DNA from: Crocinitomicaceae bacterium | GTDB lineage: Bacteria; Bacteroidota; Bacteroidia; Flavobacteriales_D; Crocinitomicaceae | Direction: 5' to 3' | Assembly (NCBI GenBank): GCA_021738405.1 | Contig: JAIPCC010000003.1 | Coordinates: forward strand, 308 to 64,307 | DNA length: 64,000 bases | Part shown: positions 37,374 through 45,914 of the stretch, piece after piece | How the letters are laid out: every line of letters begins with the position of its first letter | How positions within the stretch are numbered: the stretch's first letter is position 1 | Program-made: the position numbers and the translations under genes | The notes under the pieces: model-generated | Seen by the model: only the letters and a program-made list of their open reading frames with translations | Told to the model about the DNA's origin: nothing | Databases searched by the model: none

Positions 37374-38039
37374 ATGTTACTTGAACTAAACATTAAAGGT
37401 CTGTGCAAGACCAACGGCATTGAATTTGACGATTTTCTCGCCGACCTCGACGCCGACAACGTCTTTGAACTTTCCATCTACGACCTCGAAGCTATTTGTG
37501 AAGAATACGAAATCGATTTGCAAGCACTCTTGTTCAAACCGCTTTTTTCGCAAGCCAGCCTCGACAAAAAAATCAAAGGCCTCAAAATGCTAATCCTCGA
37601 CGTCGATGGCGTCCTGACCGACGGCGGCATGTACGTCAGCGAAAAAGGCGATCAAATGAAGCGCTACAACACCCACGACGGCCTAGCGCTGCTCGAACTC
37701 AGCAAAAGTAAAAAACTGGAACTCGGCATCATTTCTTCGGGTTTTACTGAACACATGGTCCAGGACCGCGCTGCACTTTTAGGCATTGAGCGCGTGTATG
37801 TCGGGCGCGAACCCAAACTCAGCATCTTAGAGAACTGGTGCAAAGAAATGAACATCTCACCTAAAGAAGTGGCCTTCATCGGCGACGACCGCAACGACAC
37901 CGAAGTCATGAAAGCTGTTGGCTTGGCGGTTTGCCCTGCATCGGCTGTGGCCTCCATCAAAAGCATTTCAGATATTGTCTTGAGCCGCAAAGGTGGCGCT
38001 GCTTGCGTGCGCGAGTTCATAGACAACTACCTGAGCTAA
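37374..38039 (+). CDS. KdsC-type HAD-IIIA phosphatase with ~70-aa N-terminal extension
   Basis: HAD motifs LILDVDGVLTDGG, IISSG and FIGDDRNDTEVM, plus a KdsC-like tail. The extension (..ELSIYDLEAICEEYEIDLQALLF) resembles the last helices of XRE-type HTH domains. Starts 2 nt after the upstream stop. Confidence 0.7.
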   Translation: MLLELNIKGLCKTNGIEFDDFLADLDADNVFELSIYDLEAICEEYEIDLQALLFKPLFSQASLDKKIKGLKMLILDVDGVLTDGGMYVSEKGDQMKRYNTHDGLALLELSKSKKLELGIISSGFTEHMVQDRAALLGIERVYVGREPKLSILENWCKEMNISPKEVAFIGDDRNDTEVMKAVGLAVCPASAVASIKSISDIVLSRKGGAACVREFIDNYLS

Positions 38040-38071
38040 AGATTTATAATTCCATCAACTTCAACTCACAA

Positions 38072-39292
38072 ATGTCCATCATTCACATCGGCATCATCCG
38101 CGAAGGCAAAACCCCGCCAGATTTCAGGGTACCACTCAGCCCCGCACAATGCCTCCAATTAGAAAAGCAGTACCCCAACGTTAAAGTCACCGTACAAACC
38201 TCGCCCATTCGCTGCTTTTCAGATGAAAAATACAGCGAACTTGGCCTAACGGTTCAAGAAGACCTTAGCCATTGCGACATCTTATTGGGCGTCAAAGAGG
38301 TGCCAAAAGCGCAACTCATTGCCGGCAAAACCTACCTTTTCTTTTCACATACTTTCAAGAAGCAACCTTACAACCGCGCATTACTCCAAGAACTCCTCGA
38401 TAAAAAGATCCGCCTGATCGACTACGAAGTGCTCAAAGATGCCAGCAACAAACGCATTATTGGTTTTGGGCGTTATGCGGGTGTAGTAGGTGCCTACAAT
38501 GCCTTTTTGACCTACGGGCTTAAAACGGGTGCTTACAGCATCAAGCCGGCGCACTTGTGTTTAGACCGCAAAGAAGTAGAAGCTGAACTGAAAAAAGTGG
38601 TGCTGCCACACGACTTCAAATTGGTACTTACGGGCTTTGGCCGCGTCGGAAATGGCGCCAGAGAAATCGTCAAGCTGCTACCCATCAAAGAAGTTGACCC
38701 TGAGGCCTATCTTCAAGAAGAACACAACGAAGCCGTTTTTACACACCTCGACACCCACCAATACTTCTGCAGAAAAACAGATGCTGGCTTCGATAAAAGC
38801 GAATTTTATACCCAACCCGAACTGTACCAAAGCAACTTTGGGGCTTATGCGCAAAAGAGCAATGTGTACATTCCTTGTCATTTTTGGTCATCGAAGTCAC
38901 CGTTTATCCTGACCCAACAAATGCTCCAAGACCCGGCGTGCCCAATGCAAGTGGTTGCAGACGTTTCTTGCGATATCGACGGCCCAATTGCCTGCACTAT
39001 TCGCCCGAGCAAAATTGGCGCGTCCATGTATGGCTACGACCCCAATACAGGTCAAGAAGTCGACATGCTACAAGCAGGCGCTATTGCAGTAATGGCCGTA
39101 GACAACTTGCCGTGCGAACTCTCCAAAGATGCCGCCGAAGATTTCGGTTCTGAATTACTCAAAGCGGTTTTCCCTGTCTTACTTGGCCCTGATCCTGATC
39201 AAATCATTTTCCGCGGCACCCAAACAACACTAGCTGGCGAACTCAACGAGCCCTTTACCTACCTCAAACCTTATCTTGCAGGCCTCGAATGA
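38072..39292 (+). CDS. Saccharopine dehydrogenase / alanine dehydrogenase-PNT-like NAD(P) oxidoreductase
   Basis: IGIIREGKTPPDFRVPLSP...ILLGVKEV...YLFFSHT resembles the LKR/SDH-conserved N-region. I prefer the ATG at 38072; the longer ORF from 37931 overlaps the upstream gene. Confidence 0.6.
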   Translation: MSIIHIGIIREGKTPPDFRVPLSPAQCLQLEKQYPNVKVTVQTSPIRCFSDEKYSELGLTVQEDLSHCDILLGVKEVPKAQLIAGKTYLFFSHTFKKQPYNRALLQELLDKKIRLIDYEVLKDASNKRIIGFGRYAGVVGAYNAFLTYGLKTGAYSIKPAHLCLDRKEVEAELKKVVLPHDFKLVLTGFGRVGNGAREIVKLLPIKEVDPEAYLQEEHNEAVFTHLDTHQYFCRKTDAGFDKSEFYTQPELYQSNFGAYAQKSNVYIPCHFWSSKSPFILTQQMLQDPACPMQVVADVSCDIDGPIACTIRPSKIGASMYGYDPNTGQEVDMLQAGAIAVMAVDNLPCELSKDAAEDFGSELLKAVFPVLLGPDPDQIIFRGTQTTLAGELNEPFTYLKPYLAGLE

Positions 39293-39852
39293 GACAAGAT
39301 TTTTACGATATCGAAGTCACGACTATTGAAGATTTCCAGGAAAAATCTAGTTACGAAGCATGTCGATTTATAGGTCTAGATTTTACAGCCGTCAAGTTAG
39401 CTCAATCCAAATTTTTAGATTGCACTTTTGAGGAATGCAATTTATCCAATTGTAGTTTGGTAGACACCGTGCTGAATGGAGTTTCCTTTCACAATTGCAA
39501 ATTATTAGGGCTGCATTTTGAATACGCCAATTCTTTTGGTTTTGCGTGTCACTTCGACAATTGTTTTATGAAACACGCGAGTTTTTACCAAATGAATCTT
39601 CAAAACTGCGTGTTTTTGAACTGCGATTTAGAAGGCGTCGAATTCACCGAAGCCAAAGCCAAAGGAATCTCGTTTTATGGTTCAAATTTACTAGATGTTG
39701 TTTTTGACCGAACAGATCTACGTGCGGTCAATTTTATAGAAACCAAAAATCTTCAACTCGAACCTCAAAACAATCAAATAGAAAAAGCTAAGATTCATGC
39801 AGCTCAACTTGAAGGGCTTTTACTGAAATATCAGCTAGACATCCTACACTAA
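39289..39852 (+). CDS. Pentapeptide-repeat protein
   Basis: Runs of A(D/N)LXX-type pentapeptides (FLDCTFEECNLSNCSLVDTVLNGVSFHNCKLLGLHFEYAN...). ATGA overlap with the upstream stop. AT-rich: 20 G+C in the first 60 nt. Confidence 0.8.
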   Translation: MRQDFYDIEVTTIEDFQEKSSYEACRFIGLDFTAVKLAQSKFLDCTFEECNLSNCSLVDTVLNGVSFHNCKLLGLHFEYANSFGFACHFDNCFMKHASFYQMNLQNCVFLNCDLEGVEFTEAKAKGISFYGSNLLDVVFDRTDLRAVNFIETKNLQLEPQNNQIEKAKIHAAQLEGLLLKYQLDILH

Positions 39853-39863
39853 AGATATTTCCC

Positions 39864-39871
39864 TAATTTTG
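39864..39871 (+). promoter_or_regulatory. -7 promoter box TAATTTTG (leaderless geometry)
   Basis: Exact TAnnTTTG with 4 nt before the ATG at 39876. Confidence 0.45.
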
Positions 39872-39875
39872 AATT

Positions 39876-41207
39876 ATGCTGCAAAAAGGGAACAAACGCA
39901 CCATCACCGGATGGGTCTTCTACGACTGGGCCAACTCAGTTTATCCGCTGATCATTAGCTCGGCTATTTTTCCGATTCTGTACGAAACCCAAACGAGCGT
40001 CAAAAATGAGGCTGGCCGTACGGTTTACGACACCGTTAGCTTTTTAGGGCGCGAATTCCACAACACCGAATTTTATGCCTACGTCATTTGCTTATCTTAC
40101 ATAATTGTTGCACTGATTACGCCGCTCTTATCAGGCATTGCCGATGCGGGCGGAAAGCGCAAACTTTTCATGCAGTTCTTTTGCTACATGGGCGCCATTT
40201 CGAGCGGACTACTCTACTTTTTTCAAACACCGCCAAGTGGAGAGTTAGGGCATAGTCCATTTTTGATCAATTGGAGCATGTTGCCCTTGTTTTTTGGCTC
40301 TATCGGCTTTTGGGCCAGTTTGGTTTACTACAACGCTTATTTGCCTGACATCGCAGAAGTAAAAGACCACGACCGCGTTTCGGCGCGCGGCTTCTCAATG
40401 GGTTATTTGGGAAGTTCGTTCCTTCTTATTGTCATTTTGATCTTGACCGTTTTTACCAAAGTGATCCCGATTCGCTGGGCTTTTCCTTTGGTGAGCCTTT
40501 GGTGGATTGCCTTTGCCACCTTCTCTTTTTCGAGACTTCCCAAGACAAGCGCCACGCAAAAAGACAGCAAGAACCTCATTCGCAAAGGGTATTCAGAAGT
40601 GTATGGCGTCTGGAAGCAAATCAGGCAAAACAAAACGCTCAAAGGATACCTAGGATCTTATTTCATGTTCAACATGGCCGTGCAAACCATTATGGTCATG
40701 GCGGTGGCCTTTGCCAACAAGGAAGTGATTGGCATCAAGCAGCAAGACCTCATCATTTCGATCCTCATCATTCAGTTCATCGGGATTGGCGGCGCCTACC
40801 TGATGTCGTTTGTCTCCAAGAAAATTGGCAATTTCAAGGCCCTTGGTGGCGCTATTGTCATTTGGATTGCACTTTGCATATACGTTTACCAATTTGTGTG
40901 GTATCCTTGGCAGTTCTTTATTGCGGCCGCTGGCGTGGGCTTGGTCATGGGCGGAATTCAATCTTTATCAAGATCCACCTATTCTAAATTGCTACCAGAA
41001 ACCAAAGACCTCACGTCGTACTTCAGTTTTTACGATTTAGCTGAAAAATTAGGCTTGGCACTCGGTACGCTCACTTTTGGGCTCATTGAAGGCCTACTCG
41101 ACATCCGCACTTCCATTTTGGCCCTCGTCGTATTTTTTGCCGTTGGCTTTATTTTATTGATCAGAATCCCCAAACCAGAACAACAAGCGCATGAGACAAG
41201 CCATTGA
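39876..41207 (+). CDS. MFS transporter (UMF1/Atg22-like)
   Basis: About 12 hydrophobic helices. The N-terminal WVFYDWANSVY motif is typical of the UMF1 family. Confidence 0.75.
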   Translation: MLQKGNKRTITGWVFYDWANSVYPLIISSAIFPILYETQTSVKNEAGRTVYDTVSFLGREFHNTEFYAYVICLSYIIVALITPLLSGIADAGGKRKLFMQFFCYMGAISSGLLYFFQTPPSGELGHSPFLINWSMLPLFFGSIGFWASLVYYNAYLPDIAEVKDHDRVSARGFSMGYLGSSFLLIVILILTVFTKVIPIRWAFPLVSLWWIAFATFSFSRLPKTSATQKDSKNLIRKGYSEVYGVWKQIRQNKTLKGYLGSYFMFNMAVQTIMVMAVAFANKEVIGIKQQDLIISILIIQFIGIGGAYLMSFVSKKIGNFKALGGAIVIWIALCIYVYQFVWYPWQFFIAAAGVGLVMGGIQSLSRSTYSKLLPETKDLTSYFSFYDLAEKLGLALGTLTFGLIEGLLDIRTSILALVVFFAVGFILLIRIPKPEQQAHETSH

Positions 41208-42000
41208 AGCCGCGTGGGAAAACCGCGCACTATTAAGTGAAAAAGCAACTATTGAAGCCATTGAACACGTCATCGAAGACCTCGATAAAGGACTACTTCG
41301 TGTGGCCGAACCGCTAGACGACGGCACTTGGCAAGTTAACGAATGGGTGAAAAAAGCGGTTGTGCTTTATTTTCCGATCCGCCAAATGGAAACCATTGAA
41401 GTCGGGCCTTTTGAATTCCACGACAAAATGGCGCTCAAGCGCAATTACAAAGACTTGGGTGTGCGCGTGGTACCGCACGCCATCGCGCGCTATGGCGCAT
41501 ATGTGGCCCCAGGCGTGATCATGATGCCCTCTTACATCAATATCGGCGCTTACGTAGACAGCAACACCATGGTAGACACCTGGGCAACCGTTGGCAGCTG
41601 TGCGCAAATTGGCAAAGACGTCCATTTGAGTGGCGGCGTTGGTATTGGCGGCGTTTTGGAACCGCTTCAGGCCGCACCTGTAGTGATCGAAGACGGTGCG
41701 TTCATTGGCTCGCGCTGTATTGTGGTGGAAGGCGTGCGCGTCGGCAAAGAAGCCGTCCTCGGCGCCAATGTAGTACTGACTAAATCAACGAAAATCATTG
41801 ATGTCACTGGCCCAGAACCTATTGAATTCAATGGCTATGTGCCAGAAAGATCGGTGGTTATTCCGGGTTCTTACACCAAAACTTTTGCCGCCGGCGACTA
41901 CCAAGTTCCTTGCGCGCTCATTATCGGCAAACGCAAGGCCTCCACAGACCTCAAAACCTCGCTCAACGATGCGCTGCGCGAACACAATGTCGCTGTCTAA
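41191..42000 (+). CDS. dapD: 2,3,4,5-tetrahydropyridine-2,6-dicarboxylate N-succinyltransferase
   Basis: The DapD N-domain (IEAAWENR...) is followed by left-handed beta-helix hexapeptide repeats (GAYVDSNTMVDTWATVGSCAQIGKDVHLSGGVGIGGVLEP). Confidence 0.9.
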   Translation: MRQAIEAAWENRALLSEKATIEAIEHVIEDLDKGLLRVAEPLDDGTWQVNEWVKKAVVLYFPIRQMETIEVGPFEFHDKMALKRNYKDLGVRVVPHAIARYGAYVAPGVIMMPSYINIGAYVDSNTMVDTWATVGSCAQIGKDVHLSGGVGIGGVLEPLQAAPVVIEDGAFIGSRCIVVEGVRVGKEAVLGANVVLTKSTKIIDVTGPEPIEFNGYVPERSVVIPGSYTKTFAAGDYQVPCALIIGKRKASTDLKTSLNDALREHNVAV

Positions 42001-43103
42001 TGAATGAAAAAATGCAACTCTGGAATACACTCGATCGGGCTTCGCTAGAAAAACAATTGCAAGCAATTGGCCACGATTACATTACCATCTCCTTTTACCA
42101 ATACGCTCACATTCTAGATCCACAGGCATTTAGAAACAAACTTTACCTCCAGTGGTCTGCACTGGATATCGTGGGGCGTACTTACGTGGCCAAAGAAGGC
42201 ATCAATGCACAAATTGCAATCCCGACAGCCAACTTAGGTCGTTTTCGAGAAGAACTCTTCCAAATCGATTTTCTAAACGGCATCCGACTCAATTTTGCCG
42301 TAGATGACGCCGAGGCTGAGTTTCCGTTTTTGAAGCTCAAAATCAAGGTCAGGTCTAAAATTTTAGCCGATGGCCTCAACGACACCACTTTTGATGTCAC
42401 CAACAAAGGCGTGCACCTAGACGCAGCTGCTTTCAACGCCCTCACCGACGACCCCAATACACTCCTGATTGATTTTCGCAATCATTATGAATGGGAAGTA
42501 GGTCATTTCAAAGGCGCAGTGCTGCCAGATGTCGATACCTTCAGAGAATCCTTGCCGTTCATTGAAGAAACGGTGCTCAAAGGCAACGAAGACAAAAATA
42601 TTGTGATGTATTGCACGGGGGGCGTGCGCTGCGAGAAGGCTTCGGCTTGGTTCAAGCACCGCGGTTTTGCTCATGTTCACCAACTAGAAGGCGGCATCAT
42701 CAAATACGCCAACGACTGCAAAGAACAAGGAATAGAAAACAAATTCATCGGCAAAAACTTTGTTTTTGACGAACGCCGAGGCGAACGCATTACCACTGAT
42801 ATTATTGCGGTTTGCCATCAGTGCGGAAACCCAGCCGATACTCATACCAATTGCGTGAACGACGCCTGCCATTTGCTCTTTATTCAGTGTGAGGCTTGCC
42901 AAACTCAAATGGAAAACTGCTGCAGTCAGGCTTGTTTGGACACCATTCACCTCCCGCTTGAGGTCCAGAAAGAACTCAGAAAAGGCCAAACCAAAAGCAA
43001 CCTCATTTTCAAGAAAGGGCGCTCAGCAGCGCTGCCTTTCCAAGGTCACCAAGAAAAACCACAAGCCCTTGTCGAACAAGCGCTCAAAAACCAAAACGCA
43101 TGA
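42000..43103 (+). CDS. trhO: Rhodanese-related tRNA uridine(34) hydroxylase TrhO/YceA
   Basis: Collinear with E. coli YceA as I recall it (ISFYQY, EGINAQI, MYCTGGVRCEKASAW, GKNFVFDERRGERI, HCHQCG...CHLLFIQC). The ATG at 42000 overlaps the dapD stop. Confidence 0.85.
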   Translation: MNEKMQLWNTLDRASLEKQLQAIGHDYITISFYQYAHILDPQAFRNKLYLQWSALDIVGRTYVAKEGINAQIAIPTANLGRFREELFQIDFLNGIRLNFAVDDAEAEFPFLKLKIKVRSKILADGLNDTTFDVTNKGVHLDAAAFNALTDDPNTLLIDFRNHYEWEVGHFKGAVLPDVDTFRESLPFIEETVLKGNEDKNIVMYCTGGVRCEKASAWFKHRGFAHVHQLEGGIIKYANDCKEQGIENKFIGKNFVFDERRGERITTDIIAVCHQCGNPADTHTNCVNDACHLLFIQCEACQTQMENCCSQACLDTIHLPLEVQKELRKGQTKSNLIFKKGRSAALPFQGHQEKPQALVEQALKNQNA

Positions 43104-43951
43104 TGCTTTCAATCCACTGGGCTGTAGACTCCCAACTCATCGATGGGTGGCGCACCCCTAATTTATATGGCCTGCTCTTCGTGTCGGGCATCGTGATGGG
43201 CTATTTTGTGATCCGAAAAATGTTCAGAGCTGAACAAGTCGAAGACAAAGTACTCGATACACTTGTTACCTACATGGTACTGGCCACAATTGTGGGCGCG
43301 CGCCTTGGGCATGTACTTTTTTATGGCCCTTACTGGGACAAAATAGAACACGGGCAAGTTGTAGAGACGGGCTATTTTTCGCATCCTGGCGAGATCATCA
43401 AGATTTGGGAAGGTGGTTTGGCCAGTCATGGCGCTGCAATTGCCATCCTAATTGCCTTGTACATTTTCACCAAAAAAGTATCGAACCGTTCTTACATCTG
43501 GATTTTAGACCGCATTGCTGCGCCAATTGCCATTGCTGCTACGTTTATCCGCTTGGGCAATTTGGTCAATCACGAAATGGTCGGCTACGTAACTGATGTG
43601 CCTTGGGCCTTTGAATTCGCGTATTTCTACAATGAAGCCATTGGCAACTACGACCCCACCCCACGCCATCCAGCGCAGTTGTACGAGGCCATCTGTTATT
43701 TCATTTCATTTGGCATCTTGCTCTACCTCTATTGGAAACTCAAAAAATGGCAGCAACCCGGCTTTGTCTTTGGCAGCTTTCTGATCCTGATTTTTGGTTC
43801 GCGCATCATTTGCGAATTTTTCAAACTCGGCCAAACCGCCCGCGACTTCACCTATGCACTCAATACGGGCCAAATGCTAAGCATTCCGTTGGTGATTGCA
43901 GGGATTTATCTAATGGCTAAGGCCTCCAAAAAAGCAACATATGAAGCTTAA
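43100..43951 (+). CDS. lgt: Prolipoprotein diacylglyceryl transferase
   Basis: Lgt motifs GARLGHVLFY, WEGGLASHGAAIA, RLGNLVNHE and HPAQLYEA. 4-nt overlap with trhO. Confidence 0.9.
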   Translation: MMLSIHWAVDSQLIDGWRTPNLYGLLFVSGIVMGYFVIRKMFRAEQVEDKVLDTLVTYMVLATIVGARLGHVLFYGPYWDKIEHGQVVETGYFSHPGEIIKIWEGGLASHGAAIAILIALYIFTKKVSNRSYIWILDRIAAPIAIAATFIRLGNLVNHEMVGYVTDVPWAFEFAYFYNEAIGNYDPTPRHPAQLYEAICYFISFGILLYLYWKLKKWQQPGFVFGSFLILIFGSRIICEFFKLGQTARDFTYALNTGQMLSIPLVIAGIYLMAKASKKATYEA

Positions 43952-44789
43952 AACTATTTCCATATTTGCGCTAGCACTATTAGTGGTGTTTGCCTGCCAG
44001 ACTGAAGCAAAATCCAAAAAAGAAGTTCGAACAGTCAAGAAAAAAGCGCAAAAAGAAACGGAGGTTCAGGCCCAAAATGTCAATCCAAAAGATACCACCT
44101 TGCTCATTTCAGGAGCGGACAGCGTCCTCATTTCCAAAAAGAAAGTTGTCGAAGATTGGGACAAACAATGGTCAAAAGTTGTTTATCAATTTTACAACGC
44201 GTCGCAACCCTTAGCTAAATGGCAGGTCGCGATCAATAACTTTATCCGCAAAGGCTTGCACCGCCCCATGGATTCAGCGCCCTACACTGCACCTCTTAGC
44301 GCTAAACTGATTCATCAATCCCTTTTGGTATTTAAAAAAGAGGCCCAACCTTATGCAGAAGAAAGTATTTGGAACATGACAGATACCTTCCAAATTGACG
44401 ACCACTTTGCGACATTTGCTTGTGTAAAATGGTATTCTAGCTCCAACACAGGTGGCGCCCATGGAATGTATGGGATGGGCTATTATTACTTTGATAAAGT
44501 TAGCGCAAAAACTATGGGTATTAAAGATCTCCTGCGAGTCGACGAAGGCTTATTAAAGCTCGCAGAAATTGCGTTTAGAAAAAGCGTTGGCATCAAGGCG
44601 ACAATACCATTTGAAAAAACAGAATTTAGTTTTGGAGAAGGATTCTATTTACCCGACAACTTTGAAATCACTGACAAAGAGATCAGGTTTATATACAACC
44701 CATATGAAGTATCGAATTGGGCAAATGGCATCGTGGAATTTTCGATTCCTCTGCGTCAATTAAAGCCCTATTTAAAGCGAGCAGTTTAA
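43941..44789 (+). CDS. DUF3298/DUF4163-type lipoprotein
   Basis: Lipobox LLVVFAC and an NTGGAHGMYG motif typical of DUF3298. 11-nt overlap with lgt. Confidence 0.65.
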   Translation: MKLKTISIFALALLVVFACQTEAKSKKEVRTVKKKAQKETEVQAQNVNPKDTTLLISGADSVLISKKKVVEDWDKQWSKVVYQFYNASQPLAKWQVAINNFIRKGLHRPMDSAPYTAPLSAKLIHQSLLVFKKEAQPYAEESIWNMTDTFQIDDHFATFACVKWYSSSNTGGAHGMYGMGYYYFDKVSAKTMGIKDLLRVDEGLLKLAEIAFRKSVGIKATIPFEKTEFSFGEGFYLPDNFEITDKEIRFIYNPYEVSNWANGIVEFSIPLRQLKPYLKRAV

Positions 44790-44845
44790 ATCCGAAAACA
44801 CTTAGTGTAAAATTGACATTTTGAACATTGTTTGTGAATCATTTG

Positions 44846-44853
44846 TATATTTG
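44846..44853 (+). promoter_or_regulatory. -7 promoter box TATATTTG for pdhA
   Basis: Exact TAnnTTTG, 21 nt upstream of the ATG at 44875. Confidence 0.45.
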
Positions 44854-44874
44854 TGACCGATAAAAAAAGAAGTT

Positions 44875-45897
44875 ATGTGCGCAAAAGCCGTTAAAAGTTC
44901 AGATAAGCCCAAGTTTTCAAAGGAAACCTACGTCAAGTGGTACAAAGACATGCTCTTGATCCGCAAATTTGAGGACAAAACTGGGCAGTTATATATCCAA
45001 CAAAAATTTGGCGGATTCTGTCACCTTTACATCGGACAAGAAGCGATTGTAGTTGGTACAGCAAGCGCTTGCCAACCAGACGACAAGCACATGACCGCCT
45101 ACCGCGACCACGCGCATCCAATTGCGCTCGGCACTGACCCGCGTGTACTGATGGCCGAACTTTATGGCCGCACCACAGGCTGTTCAAAAGGAAAAGGTGG
45201 TTCTATGCACTTTTTCGACAAAAAAGTAAATTTCATGGGTGGCCACGGTATTGTAGGCGCTCAAATTGGGATGGGAGCTGGTGTTGCCTTTGCAGAAATG
45301 TACAAAGGCACCAAAAACGTTGCTTTTGTTTCTATGGGCGATGGTGCTGTGCGTCAAGGAATGCTCCACGAAACCTTCAATATGGCCATGAATTGGAAAA
45401 TCCCAGTCATTTTCATCATTGAAAACAACAACTACGCCATGGGAACCTCCGTAGAGCGCACCACCAACGTCACCGACCTCTCACAAATTGGACTTTCTTA
45501 CGGAATGCCTTCCAAAATTGTCAACGGAATGCGTCCAGAATCTGTTCACGAAGCCATCGAAGAAGCAGCTACCCGCGCCCGCAACGGCGAAGGTCCTACC
45601 CTGCTCGATATCCGCACTTACCGCTACAAAGGACACTCGATGTCTGATCCACAAAAATACCGTACCAAAGATGAGGTGGCCGAATGGATCGAACAAGACC
45701 CAATTGAGCACTGCCTTCGCGTGATCAACACTCAAAAATGGCTTTCTGAAAAAGAACTCGCCGACATCGATGCTTGGGTGAAAAAAGAGGTAGAAGAATC
45801 TGTAGCTTTTGCAGAAAATTCACCTTACCCAGAAGCGCATGAACTCTACGAGGATGTTTATACGCAAGCAGATTACCCTTATATCAAAGAATACTAA
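44875..45897 (+). CDS. pdhA: Pyruvate dehydrogenase E1 component alpha subunit
   Basis: TPP-binding region GDGAVRQGMLHETFNMA...IIENNNYAMGTS and YRYKGHSMSDP. Confidence 0.9.
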   Translation: MCAKAVKSSDKPKFSKETYVKWYKDMLLIRKFEDKTGQLYIQQKFGGFCHLYIGQEAIVVGTASACQPDDKHMTAYRDHAHPIALGTDPRVLMAELYGRTTGCSKGKGGSMHFFDKKVNFMGGHGIVGAQIGMGAGVAFAEMYKGTKNVAFVSMGDGAVRQGMLHETFNMAMNWKIPVIFIIENNNYAMGTSVERTTNVTDLSQIGLSYGMPSKIVNGMRPESVHEAIEEAATRARNGEGPTLLDIRTYRYKGHSMSDPQKYRTKDEVAEWIEQDPIEHCLRVINTQKWLSEKELADIDAWVKKEVEESVAFAENSPYPEAHELYEDVYTQADYPYIKEY

Positions 45898-45914
45898 AAC
45901 CCAAATAAAAAGAC

